A stretch of DNA of 62,779 nt, counting the filler, from Sphacelaria rigidula (taxonomy: Eukaryota): the NCBI GenBank assembly GCA_964200075.2. It is 11 parts of 11 records of this genome, joined end to end, with 100 filler letters (N's around TTAATTAATTAA, not from the genome) between each part and the next. Parts side by side here need not be neighbours in the genome. Positions count along the whole stretch, not along the records: positions 11,435 to 17,051 come from CAXNAA020025824.1; positions 17,152 to 22,767 come from CAXNAA020025825.1; positions 22,868 to 28,483 come from CAXNAA020025826.1; 8 more parts are not named here. One strand, written 5' to 3'. The position numbers and the translations under genes were made by a program. Numbering within the stretch: position 1 is the first letter of the stretch; each line of letters begins with the position of its first letter. The notes under the pieces were generated by a model. That model did no database searches and was not told the origin of the DNA. It saw only the letters and a list, made by a program, of their open reading frames with translations. Positions 11,435 through 24,895 of this stretch are shown here, one piece after another.

Positions 11435-12740
11435 GTGCGCTCACATGCGGTCGGCTGGTCGCCGTGGTGTGGCGCCGAGTCTGTTTCGTTTGAAAGAATA
11501 CTGTGTTTGTCCTCACATGGATTCCGACGTTCCCGAGTGCGTTCGCCAGTGTTTCCATTGTGTAGACACTCGTGCTGGTGCGATTGTACCTCGTCCGTAT
11601 GACAATACCGTGTATGGTACAGCGCCAGCTGTTTTCAGTACGTTTTGGTTATCATGGATGATTTGTCCAATTTCGTTTGGCTGGAGCGGACCGAGGCTTG
11701 CACCGCCGAGGTTACGGCTAAGCACTTGCTGCACTGATGCAAGACTTTGGGGGTGCAGGGTGTGTGGGTTTTGATACAGCCACGCACTTCCAGAATCGAG
11801 TAGTAGTGCAGCTGAGCGACGCGCTCAAGGTACAACACCAATTTGCTGTTGCGTACACCCCTTGGTCGAATGGTGCTTGTGAACGCATGGTGAAAGAGGT
11901 TGTTCATGCGTTCCGGTCCATTTTGTCGGAACAGAGACGGCCGGTGTCTGAATGGGTTGATGCTTTGCCCGCCGCTCAGTGGGCGATTGAATACTTCTTT
12001 TCGTGAACGCTACCGCAACACTCCGTATTGTGTGATGTTTGGGCGTGCGCCGCGTACAGTGTTTTCCGCGCTGGCTTCTGTCACTGGCGGCGAGTGGAAC
12101 GTCGATGTCATGCATGCTGATACGTTGCGTGACAAGGTTCGAGGCGTGGTTGACGCGCAAGTGCGGTCTTGTAACGAAGTGCAAGCTGCTGTCGCGGTGT
12201 CTCGCGGAACAAAACGAAAGCGTGCTCAGGGCCAGGCTGTGTTACCCATCTTTGCAGTTGAAGATTTCGTGTTGTATGCCCGTGTTCGTAGGCAAGGTGT
12301 GACGCCCAAGTTGATGTCCACATGGACAGGTCCNNNNNNNNNNGTCCGTGGCGAGTGGTCGGAGCCGATCACACTCACGTGGATTTGGTGCAGAACATTG
12401 TTTCTGGCGCCGTACACTCGGCCCATGGCGCTCGTTTGCGTTCCTATGCTGACTCGCAGTTGCACATCACTGCGGAACTGAAAGGTGTATTTCAGCATTC
12501 GTACGCTCAAGGTGAATGCCGGATGAATGCTTCGGTGCACGTCGCTGAGGATGACGATGGTGAGGTCATTGTTTTGGTCGATCGGGGTGGGTTCGATGCT
12601 GAAGAACGTACGTGGGAGTCTCTTCGCAAGATTCATTATTCTGTACCTGAATTTGATTCGAAGGAACTGCGAAAACTGCAGTTGACCCGGGCGCTGACCA
12701 GTAAATTAGCGTCGGAGTATGACATTTCTGTCATCTGGCG
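11435..12740 (+). mobile_element. Degenerate Ty3/Gypsy (chromovirus-like) pol 3' end: integrase plus chromodomain
   Basis: HHCC zinc finger remnant (AHM...CVRQCFHC), integrase core (DTATHF...AYTPWSNGACERMVKEV), WTGP motif, chromodomain-like GFDAEERTWES. Interrupted by frameshifts and stops. Confidence 0.9.
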
Positions 12741-12811
12741 CAAGCGAATTCGCCTTGGTTTTTGTTGGTTGTCAAGCTCGTTCGTATGTCTTGAACTCGC
12801 TTTGAGGGTGC

Positions 12812-13222
12812 TGTAGCCAAATGATACCAAGCCGTGAGGTTTCAGTATAATCGCATGCATGATTGGAGCAGTGGCAGGGGGCAGGGGATCCTGGATTGAT
12901 GGCCCCTTTCTGTGTGGCCCCTTGCTGTCTGGCTCGTGATCAATTGAGGATCACTCCGAGATAATAGCAAGTTAGAAGAAAGGACTTGTCGAGCACGAGG
13001 CCAGTGACAGTGAAGGAGTCCCTCGTTGAAAGTCCTCTTGTCCAGATCATCTGGCAGAGGCTACAGAGCACAGAAAAAAGCACGCGAGATTGAGTTACCC
13101 GTGGTGAAACAATTTTGTTCTGCAATGTATGAAAACCCATCAGGCCGCTTGTTCGTCAGAAAGAACCTGACTACCGAGCCACTCTATGAGCGCTGACTGA
13201 GTGGCTCAGTGGTGGAGCTACA
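12812..13222 (+). mobile_element. Putative 3' LTR of the Gypsy element (411 bp)
   Basis: Begins TGTAGC and ends GCTACA (6-bp inverted termini, TG...CA). Lies directly after pol and a short GAGGGTG purine-rich tract. Confidence 0.65.
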
Positions 13223-15874
13223 CATTTCTTTCTTTTTCATTGTTCCGGCCACAGACAGCCGCTGCGCTACAGCGAGGAATCGCCAGCTAAATATTTCATC
13301 ATCGACCTTGCACTGAAACTCGACCTCCGCACCCACGACCCCTTCTTCGGCAAGGACCCCAAATCACAGGAAGCACGGTGGGCCATGGGCGAGTGGGGGG
13401 TAGAGGTGAGTAACGGCTGGAAATACCGTCAAAAAGCTGGGATAGAAGTTCACAAAAGTGCGATGCCTTCAATTTTGTTTTTGCGGTCATATGGTCATTC
13501 TCAACTTTCTTCCCAATCTGCGGATATGCTACAAACATGTGATTATACACAAGCAAAAGAGCGAAGGTTTGCATCAACTGCCGCGATCTACTCCATCGTT
13601 TAATAGTTGGGCGGGCGGTATTGCGTTGGCCGCGTTCGCGAGTCAAGCATGCGCTATTAAACGAACACAACGAGCCACATACATGCACGCCGCATTAAAT
13701 ACCGCCCATCTCAACCAAAAACAGACCGATTATAGTAGGTATTCTTTGTGTTTGGCGTAGAAAAGTGAATTGTGTGCCGTCACTTCTTCATACACAATTT
13801 GGCCAGTGGTGAACGAAGCCGTCATTTTGTACGCACCATTCCTCGGGAACTGCTTCGAGTTTCGACGAAGTGCTTTGCACGACATGTTCCCTTGACCTCT
13901 TCTCATGGGCGTTCGGGCGTGGTTTTGTTTCCATAGATGAAGCAGGTCGGAGCCGAGAACACAGTACACTTCAGAGCTACTGCAGCGTAAAATAGTAGCT
14001 CGATGATATCGTTTGCCTGATCCCTACATATAAAGCCACCCCCTCCACCTCGCGCACTTCCACGAGGCGGTCAACGGGCCGCCCGACTTGTCCATTCGTG
14101 GATGAAGAGGTATAATTTTCGGCCGTTTCCCTTTTTCAGGCACAACGTTAAATAAATTACGCAGGTCCCACAATTGAGCCTTTCATAAAATTAATACCTC
14201 CGCACAGTAGTACCCCCGCCATATCCGCGTGGATATTTGCACGCGACCACGCTGATGAACCCTACTGTGACCACAGGCTGGTTCAGGCATATCACCCCAA
14301 AAACACTCATCGGCAAAACCTCACGCCGTTTTAAGGAGTTAGACCATGAAATTTTGCACAGATGTTCTGTCGAGGCATTACGCAACTTTCGAAGATCGAG
14401 GTTTTTTTACTCTTTCACCGTTTTTCGGGGGTCCCAGTTTTCCCGGGAAGCATCGATCCAATCGGACCCCCGTAAAACGATAAAGAAAAAAGAACACTAA
14501 AAAAATCGTTCATCCAAAGTTGCGTAATAATCCATAGCACAGCTGTGCGAAATTTCAGGGTCTAACTCTTCAAAACGGCGTGAGGTTTTCCGCTTTTGTG
14601 CGATGAACTTTGACGTGCCGCGGTGAAACCGCAAAACGACTTGATTTTAATGCGAAAACGGCGTGTTTGGGCCTTCTTTGACGTGAACATGAAAATTCAA
14701 GCATCAGTAGATCGATTGTTGCGACAAACGTTTGTGGGACCCTTCCTCGGGTTGTGCGGGGACAGCTCGCTCACGAAAAAAATGAAAAAAAGGTCGTCGT
14801 GCCGGTTTTCCCGGGTCCCAGAATGGAGACTACTTCGAAAAACGACCTGGACCCCCGTCGGACCCCCGAAAACGATGAAAAACTCAAGACGTAAAAATAC
14901 ATGATCCATAGAAAGTTGCGTAGTGATACATAGCATATTTTTGCAAAGTTACAGGATCTAACTCCCAATAACGGCGTGAAAGTTTGCGCGTTCGTGGAGG
15001 ACGTGGGCTTGAAACGTGCAAGTCCTAACCACTTGGTTTTAGTGTGGAAACGTCTTTTGAGGTGAACTTTACGTCAAGGCAAGAAAAACTGTATGAGGTT
15101 TTCGATTTTCTGCACCAAACTTTGTACATGTGTTCCTTGGACTATCCCGGGACGCATTATTTGATTACTTTGTTTTTAAGGCATTCTGCACCGCATTCCG
15201 GGGGTCTTCATACTGGGACCCTCGGAAGCCGGTAGAGAACGAAGAAGCCATGAAGTATTATCAAGAACGATTTTTTTCTATTCGGAGCATCGATACCTAC
15301 GGAAGTGCCAAGTTTGAGGGCGATCTGAACTTTTCTACAACAGATATAGGGGACACCGTCACGAGGCTCTCTGGGTCTTTCGTGCGTATCATTAGTGGAA
15401 ATTAGACGACGCCAACACCCGACATCACCGAAACATCACGGTTTCGGGTATAACTCGACCCCGTAGTAGCCGTTTTCAAATACGTTTTTTTCGTCAGATT
15501 CCCGAGCCGATGACGGTTACAACGACTTGAAGCATGCGGAGATTGGGAGGAGAATGGGCTTGGAATTCGTAATATCGATCTCGGAACGATTTGACGGGCG
15601 CTGGTTGGTCGATATACATTTTCGACCTCAGCGCTACTACCACTATGGCCTTACACTCAAGTCCAGCTGTGTCACGCTCTTTAGATGTCCATGGCGGTCA
15701 GTAAGATATCATGTATGCGACTATTGGGTAGGCATTGCGAAAGGCATTTGCTGATGACACAATTTTGGGTAATAAGCGTGAACCAGCCTGTATACCTCAT
15801 CCCTCTGATGTGCCCGCACTGTACACAATGTGGGCAGAGAACAGTCAGTGAATACGCAGTACGCAGCAATTTAC

Positions 15875-15973
15875 CTTGGCGCCATTTTGAACGAATTCTA
15901 ACGCAACAGCAGCCCCAATACCGCTGGCACCTCCAGTCACGATGGCCACTTTCCCCTGCAGCTTTTGGCTCAT
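15875..15973 (-). CDS. First coding exon of a classical short-chain dehydrogenase/reductase (MSQKLQGKVAIVTGGASGIGAAVALEFVQNGAK)
   Basis: ATG start, TGxxxGIG NAD(P)-binding motif, |GTAAAT donor after 33 codons. Too short for the ORF track. Confidence 0.92.
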
Positions 15974-16789
15974 GATTTTAGTGTGTCACGCTGCCCTCGT
16001 CTAGGACTGAGGAATAGCTGCAGGTAAACAGAGTCAGCACGAAGCACAAAAGGCAAACGGCGCACAACATGCATATATCTTTCGGTTCAACTTTCTCTAT
16101 CATAATACGTTGTGCGCAGCATTTCTTGGCCAATCGCAAAAAGAGTGTTTTTGCACACCAACCAAACAGCTTCTGCAACGGCGTGTTGGCACCGATTGAC
16201 GATAGTTTATCCCCCGGATCCATGTGTGCAGTTCAGTACAGAAGTAGTCAACATTTGTATACTATTAGTCCGGTTGATGCTTTGAGCGCCCGCAGAGATA
16301 AACCACTCTTGATGGTGGTTCTTTAAGTGTATGACCTGTCATAGTTGACGTTTGGTCTCAAATTCGTGATACGAAACAAAATTGTTGGAGGTGTAATGCG
16401 AAAGGTTTTTCCGGTCGATCACCAGCAGCGTACAAGTAAAATTGCGCGCCAAAAAACTAACCGTACCCCGCGTTTAGAGAGCACCCACCAAAGGTGGACG
16501 CATGAGACTGATAGCGATATTCGAGTGAACTGGATAGCATCGTTGACGTTTCGTCCCACATTCCGGGGTCGATACAACTATAATACATAGCAAATGACTG
16601 GCGTTGATCCTTAAGCAAATGCAGAGTATCAGGGACCCAAATAAATGTCGTTTCGCGGTTGATCATTACCAGATACAGTAAGCGCCATCATGATCAGAAT
16701 GGCACGCGATGTGTGTATATACATGTGCAGGTGGGTGTCTCGAACTCGAGGTAGGTCATCCGTATATTACACAGCAATTTGCAGTCAAA

Positions 16790-16960
16790 TATACAATTTA
16801 TGTCGAATTTGAGATATCTGTAGTCCCGGTGGTACTTCGGGATATCGTATCTAAAGGTTCGATATATCGTATCCGAGTATCGATATCGGTATCGTATCGA
16901 AACCAGTTTCATACAACGATGAGGATAGCGACAGCGATGAGTTCGATATGATACGACATG
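16790..16960. repeat. CGATA/TATCG-rich dispersed repeat; related to 22970-23165, which contains (AT)n at about 23087-23122
   Basis: Dense CGATATCG/GTATCG motifs in both places. Confidence 0.5.
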
Positions 16961-17174
16961 TTACAAAAAGGATAAATCATGTGCGTGTTTTATTCTATGG
17001 TGGTGGTGTTGGGGGGGGGGGGGGGGGGAACCTGTTTTCGTGCCATCCATANNNNNNNNNNNNNNNNNNNNNNNNNNNNNNNNNNNNNNNNNNNNTTAAT
17101 TAATTAANNNNNNNNNNNNNNNNNNNNNNNNNNNNNNNNNNNNNNNNNNNNGGAGGGGGGGGGGGGTGGGTGGT

Positions 17175-17211
<37 letters not shown>

Positions 17212-20200
17212 GGGGGAGAGGGGGTATTTCGAGCCACTTCTTGCACTGAAATTCCAAGCTATATTGTTCTTGAAAGCTGCAACAGTTGTTCGAACGAGCT
17301 TATCACAGATATATAACGCTCATTAATATTGTTTGACACCGTTTTTAACCAAATACAAGCGCACCACGAGTGTGGTAGGTCGCCTGACGCACCTATGAGC
17401 CTCTTTTTCCGTGCAATCAAATACCCCCCCCCCTATCGTAGGATGACTCGACAATATTGTTTCAGAGCGGATCACACCGCGCCAGAACGTTCAGTCCCGC
17501 GGTCCCGCAGTCTGAACCCCCATTCGCCCCCAGAATACACTCCACGATCAGCTCCAATCTTACTGGTTTCAACATGCGTCACACATATTCGTCGGTCTAG
17601 ACTTCAAGTCGCCTCTTCATATCGCAAGTCTAGCCTCGAATCCCAGCCCTTGCCTCCCTCGAGGGGGGCGTTACCGAAATTCCGATGCCGAACAGGGGGA
17701 GAGGGATAACCGACCGTGTGTACCTCGACTGCGACGTTCGTATGCCCGGTCTCTTAACCTGAATAATTCCCACGACGAAATGGTGAAAGGATAGTTCAGT
17801 TATCAGACAGACTTGTTACACTATTGATTACGGAGTTGCCCGTGCTTGGGAAACGAGTACCGGCAGCGAGCGAGACTTTTGTTGTACTCCAATATCCAGT
17901 CGATGAATTCAGGTAATCTACATGGCACGTCACATCTAAGTATTCGTCAAGTCGTACCACACACCGGCTGCCACTAATACACGTTCCACTCCGAATATCA
18001 CTGGCTTTATTCGATTTACTCTTAGCCACCACTGTATGGATTTTACTAAATGACCGTAAAGTCAATCCATCCTGCTCCAAGTGAATTTGGTACATGGTTA
18101 TCGGAACGCTCTTTCCGTTGTACGTTTAACTGAGCTCATCTGAAACATTCTGAACCGTCCCACCTTCTACACTTTTTCTGGTATGTACACTGCGTTATGT
18201 ACGACAGCTCACTCCATATCTTACACGAGCACGTTAACTCTGCACATTCAGCGGAGGCAGTTTTTCAATATTGAGATGGCTGGTTTCGGCGAAACTGTGA
18301 TGCACAGTGTACATGCTACAAAGGCCATATACTATTGGCACCTACCTCTGTAACGATGTTGTGTATATCCCGACCTTTCCGCTGGTCTGGCGGCAATCGG
18401 AGAGATTTCATCGCCTTCGTGCTCACGAGTCTGTCCGTACAATCGCGCTTCTCCGCAGTCCTTACCTCTCCCGCTTTGCAGTAAATCACCTTTACCAGCG
18501 TCACCGAAGCGACAGCATTAGTTTAGTTGGTGGCTCGCATTCGGAATCTGCGTCTCGCAAGTCATAGCCACGCGCGTGGGACGAAATGAGGGTAGTGGTC
18601 TACTTTAATGGCCGGTTTTACCATTGACAGCTCCAAAATTCTAGTGGCATGCGCGGGGCGGCGGGACTCGCCGTTGGCGATGCCTACTTGGAACCGGTGA
18701 TCCTTAAAATCGTGGCCGTGGACGCGAGGTGGTAAGAAGCTCCCCTGGCGGGTTTCCGAGGCGAGGAGGGTTGGCGCATAATGTTATGGACGGTTTCCGG
18801 GCGGAGGGGGGGGGAGGGTGCTTCGGTTTATTGGTATGCAGCTACTCTAAAACACGGTTGGACACACAAGCCGAAATATGCAATACACGAGCTAGGGGCT
18901 AACGGTGTGCTGCGACGATGTGCATGGCACGACGGTGATGTAGCCACGGTACGTGTAGGGTCGAGTGCAGCGCCCGGGGTGAGGTCGGATTTTTATATCT
19001 GTTGCAGTATGTTGGTCCATTCCGAGGAAAAGCGTGAGAAATACTATTGTTTTTGCAGGAAGATCTATCTTGTGTCCCTCTTCATTTTATAAGATGAGAA
19101 TCGACCAGAGATATATGTTGCTGGCAAAATAGAACTAGCAGTCCGACGTGGAAGAGTTAGCGCCGTACGAGAAACTTCAAGCATGGCCACGATCTCGGCA
19201 ACGTTTTGATCATGGACGAAGCCGATATTACATCCTCAAGGCCCCGTAATTCTCGGTTTGGCGCGTGACCTTGGTATTCCAGGAGAACACGACAGCTGAA
19301 TACCATGACGAACTTATTCTGATGATGCAGATCTCGGCACTCGGAAAGCAGCCTCCTGTCCGCGAGACACGAAGCATTGACTTCTTATGTAGTTCTCCGA
19401 TTGAATCCAGTGCCTCGGTATAGCAACCACGACGGTTGTCGAGCCGTTGCAGTTGGCTTCAGAGATAAACCAATGAATTATTCGTACTAAGCGTTACGCC
19501 GTCAACGAATGCAAAAGACTACCGGTGCACCAGTAATTTGGGGGCTCCGCCGCGTAGCGTTGTACGTACATTCGTAGAAATATTGCGGGAAATCTTTTGA
19601 ATCTGTCACAGCCCACGATGGACTGTGTGTCGGGAATACACACTTACCTCGCAGGCTTCCGCTGCCAACACATCAAATTTTGACTCGGCTTCCTGTTGCA
19701 TGTGTTGCATACCCCACAGGTCGCCGGGCTCAAGCCGCCCGACTTTGACTCGCCGCGCTTGGGACCTTGATTTAGCGGTCTGTGAAGACGTATGGGAGAG
19801 GAGGGACGGCACAAAAAATATGGAAACACATCCATTTTCGAGGCAGTTTGTGTTCGATTCTTGGTAGACCCGCGTGTGAAATTCCATGCACGACAGATGG
19901 ATCGAGATGCCAAGTAATCTAAAATTCCTCTTTCCGACGTGATCGTGGTGATGATGATGATATTTTAGATTGACAAAAGTTTGCCAGCGCCAGAGAGAAA
20001 AGCAGCGAGCTACCATGTAAGCTTCGAAAACTCTCCATCAATACTTTGCTGGATACTCAACCCGCCTCTTCGTGTGTATCTTCGAGCGACGGCGGCGAGT
20101 ATAGCCAATGAGAAAAAAAGGTCTGTGCTCAAAATAACCTCGTGGTAACCTTCACACGTTACCGAACTCGAGAGCTGGTGAGATCTACGACATCGTACGC

Positions 20201-20469
20201 AAAATTTATCCCTCCACCCGAGCGGCGCTTTCTCACTCAAGGAGAACAGAAGGAACAACGGTATCTAGTGGAATATGTCGGAAGCGCAACCAAAAACTGC
20301 AGAGTACATGCACGAATAAATGCACACAGCGTGTTCTGGGGGAAACCAAGGATGCGATCAAGCTGGGTTTTGTTGAAACTGTTTATGCCTATCAAGAAGG
20401 CAAGAATGAATGAGATCTGCAAAGCTAACAACTGCACAGGGCTCGCCAGATGTCGACTGAAGATTGTTC

Positions 20470-22180
20470 GCTTTGATCGAATTGATCGATTTGATTGGTT
20501 TGATATGATCGTCGCACATTAAATAACCTCCTAGGTCATTATCCAGCCGTGGTCATTATCCACAAGATAGACGTACCGTATGTACCCGAGGAAAATAAAA
20601 CGGAAACACTCGCCGAGGAAAAAGAAAAACGAGAAAGACATGGAAATTCAACGAACGGAGTGAAACTAAAGAAGGAGAAACAGGAAAACAAAATCGAAGC
20701 AACACAAGCAAGAGAAAAGAGGGAATGGGAAAAAAGGAAATGGGGAAGAAGGAAATGGGGAAGAAGGGAGAAGGGAGAAGAAGAAAAAAAAGGAGAAGAA
20801 GAAAAAAAAGGAAAAGAAGAAGAAAAGAAAAGCCGATTCTGTTTAAAACTTACGGACTAAAACTAGAAAAGGTTGGCCCCTGCAGCATTCCTTCAGGTGC
20901 AAAAGACCGTGCGCAAACGAACACACCCATATACACAAAACAAAACGAAGGTGGTGGAAGCGAACTGCGGCTTTGCTGTTTCGGAATCACATCATTTGGG
21001 GGCGAGCTCTCACCCACGAGCCCTATGTAAGCAGCCACAAGCGCTGCTACTATATCTTACACCGGAACTTTGGGAGGACGAGAGAACAAAAATAAAACGA
21101 GAGAGAGAGATGGGCAGAGAACACGGAGAAGAGATGAAGCGAAAGACGCGATGGAACTCAAGGACACGGTGGAAACTGTACAGGGGAGTAGCCAGGAAGG
21201 TCACGAGGCCAGGAAACCGTTAGCAACCGATATTAGAACGCGGGGGTAGTCGTCAGTTTCCGTGTTCACCCCGCTTCCCCACTTATCCCTCGTAGAGTTC
21301 AAAGCGGGCCGCTCTCTCGGCTGTATCTAGCTTAGATTCCACACGAACTGTTACTATCGTTGTGTCAGCGGTGGCGGCTCTCCGATTGGCGGCTCTCGAC
21401 GCAACATCCACTCGCTTGCGGCGAAGGTCCGATTGGCGTTCGTCTCCGCGTCGCCATATTTCCTCGATCCTCCGTTCTTTCTTGATCAGGTGCCATTTGC
21501 CCACGTGTGTCGCAGCAGTGACCCCGTCGTGTGCGTCTTTGACCTCCACTCCGTAAACGAACCGTTTCCGTCGTGCTTCTTCGCGCGGAACAGCCCTTGT
21601 GCACGCACGTACGTCCAGTGTGTCGAAGGCCGGTCAGTCTCGTCGGATCTTTGCGAGGCTAAACGTCCGAACATAATGCGATTTGGAATATATCATTTTT
21701 TCCTGCCGGACAAGGGCCTTCCGCGAACCAGAGTTGACGCTTGCTGATGGTCGTCTCGACAGGATCGGAGTTGATCATCTCGAGCACACCTCTGCATGAA
21801 AAAGTCTCGTATAGTCCCACAGTTCGCTCCTTCTTGCGGAATCCAACGAAATCCTAGCAAAGGCTGGTGCTACGGGCAGTGCACAGACCCTCAGAGACCT
21901 CCGGGCGCACCATCCACGTGGCACATCCGTACGGCTTAGCTCCCACCACCTCTGCTTTAAGCAGCCGGAGTTTTAGAGGTAGCTGGGTGTTGGGTCGATC
22001 GCAGAACTGGGAATCATACTTTTTGGAGGCGTGCCCACGCGGCGCCAATGCGGCGTTTGATTTCGATGAAAATATTCGCATCTGCGCTTACAGCACCACC
22101 AGGGTAGATAGTGATCTTCGCCGTCTACTTATACCGTTGGCCTACTGCCTTGACACTTCAGTGCAGTCTTTGCGGAGCTG
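20470..22180 (-). mobile_element. Degenerate RTE-clade LINE 3' portion with 3' UTR and (AATC)n tail
   Basis: Frameshifted peptides LKLRLLKAEVVGA.PYGCATW, VETTISKRQLWFA and IMFGRLA match the RTE post-RT region. 3' end GACCACGGCTGGAT...AATCAAATCGATCAAT. Confidence 0.8.
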
Positions 22181-22565
22181 GGCACAAATCTAGGTACCTG
22201 TCCACTCCAGCGTGAACCATCTCTTCGTTATGATTTTGTCTTGGAGTACGTACCAGACCGAAGAGGTCGCGGAGTGAAACTCGACAGCTCCAGCTGTGTG
22301 CAGCGCAGTGTTCCCAGTGTTGGCACAAAGGATACGCGGAATCCTCAGGCTGCGAATTGCGAAGTTCTCTGGCTCGAGGCTCTTGTCCTGCAAATAATCC
22401 GTAACCTTCCCTATAACGTATGTGCCGTTACGTACGTAGTAGGTGCATGCACCTTCGTGTTTCTCAAGGGTCCTCCACAGGAAAGTCCATTGCGGGATGT
22501 GCACAAACTGTCCATGCCAAAACATTTTGTTTTTTATACATACGGCAATTTCGAAACGCGGTTAA

Positions 22566-22663
22566 CCCTTAGACCGAGAACGTAGTCCATCTGGACTACG
22601 CATGATTTTCTCAAGTGAAATTGATGCCGATTCAACAGGTGCTCTGCTCTCGCTGTCCAAGGG
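22566..22663. mobile_element. Very small piggyBac-like MITE (98 bp)
   Basis: TTAA|CCCTTAGAC ... GTCCAAGGG|TTAA: 8/9 TIR match plus TTAA duplication. Confidence 0.65.
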
Positions 22664-22867
22664 TTAACAATGACTCAATTGATTACAAGCATAAAAATCA
22701 CTGACCAGCGTATCGTAGAAAGCCGGGGGGGGGGTGTACTCATGATCATGCTTGCCATAGTCATAAGNNNNNNNNNNNNNNNNNNNNNNNNNNNNNNNNN
22801 NNNNNNNNNNNTTAATTAATTAANNNNNNNNNNNNNNNNNNNNNNNNNNNNNNNNNNNNNNNNNNNN

Positions 22868-22965
22868 TGGGGAGGCGGTCGTCGTGCATGCGCACAACGT
22901 GGCCGGCGTATAGGAGGGTCCGTTTCATCACGGTGGCCTCAATGCACTCGCAGCTAGTTCGTAGG
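22868..22965 (-). mobile_element. RTE LINE fragment
   Basis: Peptide CECIEATVMKRTLLYAGHVVRMHDDRLP, the characteristic RTE 'GHV.RM...RLP' C-terminal motif. Confidence 0.85.
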
Positions 22966-23083
22966 GTATAATATACATGAATCGACGATATCAATATCCG
23001 AGATCATACTGATGAAATTGATACGTATCGACAAAGTTCGGCTTGGAAACCGGCGATACCGATACACCGAATCGACCGATATA

Positions 23084-23125
<42 letters not shown>

Positions 23126-24569
23126 AATCGCATCGAGTATCGATGTCCGATTTTCAACACTGGTATATCGGGCGTCATATAAGGCCCGTTTCAGAACTGA
23201 AACTGTTCCATTAACTGACCGCTTCTGATTCTCAATCGTATCGTAGACTCTCAATCTCACCAAACTAGTGTTGTGCATCATCCCTTCGGCACTATCTACC
23301 AACATGGTACAACGCACACGGTGTATTTTTTTCCGTTTGTGACACCCCGACACATCTGAGCGGGGCTCAATCAGCGTCCTAACTGCCAACGCTGGACGGT
23401 CAGTATGCAACTCGACTGACACTATCGCCATGTGAGCATCTCCTTCATTGCTTCAGGATCACTCACAATCTCTCACAGCAATCGAGCATCCGAATGCGCC
23501 CCACCATTAGTGTCGTCAGTCATGGAAACCATCGGATTGATACAGCGAACAATCGGTTGATACAGCGAGCAATCGGTCCCCGCTGGGACAACTGCAGCCA
23601 ACAAGTGGAGTAGCTTTGTACAATGCATTCAAGCACAATATTGCCGTAGAAAGTATCACTCAACACCAGGCACGCAGGAATTAACGTGCTGCAAGGAGTT
23701 CTTAACTTGAACAAGGGATCGCATAGAGTCCTCGAGGGAGTGATGCTACGGTAGGGGTGCACATTTTCCGAGGTTAGAATTGTCGGGGGCCCTTTATCTC
23801 ATCCAAAACACGATTCATGGAATATTTGAGAGTACGCCAGGAATACGATTGATTGCAATGTGCTAGGGACATCCCCGACTGAATGTGTAAACATGGATGC
23901 CCTGAGCCATGTTATTGTGCATCTAGAATTGTGAGGAGCCCCTGAAGCAGACACGATTTTGTGCAACAAGTGCGCCCCTACCGTAGCATTGCTCAAGGTA
24001 CGATTCGGACCAATTTTGGTCGTGGTGTTTTTTCCCCATTTTGTTTTTCACCAAAAAAGGCTGCCCCCACAATAGATTGTTGATATGGAGAAAGAGGTTC
24101 CTGCGGAATCGTGCTAGAGGTCAGACTAAATACGACCGTCATCGGACCCCCCGTCGCCATGCGTTCATGACCTTATATCTCTTGTTATTCCTGTTTGTTG
24201 GGATCACTATTAATACAGCATGTGGCTGTACACTATCTCTTCCTGACATGCAGTAGTAGCGGCCCGCTCATAAGCAACGAGGGCGTAGGAAACTTGTGCG
24301 AAATCGGGCTGAGATTTCTCGATAAGAAGAAAAAAAGTGTTCAGGCCCCCAACGACCGCTACACAAAGCCCTAGACACGAGGCGTTTGCATTAGATCAAG
24401 TGTAACAAAAGTCAGGCTGAGCGTGATTCTTCGCTTCTTGTGAGCGGAATCAGGGTACACGCCATAAAGGTGAAAATAACGCATGTGCCCTAGCTAGGGT
24501 GGTCGAAATGGAAAACAGTGTGACCCGTGTCTCATGGTTTTGTCGAGAGGGGAAAAAAGGCGTTTTGGG

Positions 24570-24895
24570 GGAATATCTTTGCTCTCAATTGGTTCAAGAT
24601 TGCCCTTGGGTACACTACATAGGTACGGAAAACATATTTTGAAAACACGTATTTTGGGGACGTCTTTTTTATCACTTGGTTCAAGAGTACCGCTGGGTAC
24701 AACGTATCGGTGTGGAAGACACATTGAAAAAACAATTTTGGGGGATCTTATTCTCACTTGGTTCAAGAGCACCATTGGGTACATTGCCTAGGAATGGAAC
24801 ACATATATTTCTTGCACCCTGTTCTCACTTGGTTCAAAAGCACCCTTGGGTACATAACCTAGGAATGGAAAACATATTTTTCTTGCATCCTGTTC
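24570..24895. repeat. Tandem repeat, about four units of 70-90 bp
   Basis: Recurrent CTCACTTGGTTCAAGAGCACC.TTGGGTACA...GGAA.ACATATTT. Confidence 0.8.

Noticed and set aside
20549..21030. Lys/Glu/Arg-rich ORFs
   Set aside because: Purine-rich simple sequence on the antisense strand of the LINE 3' UTR.
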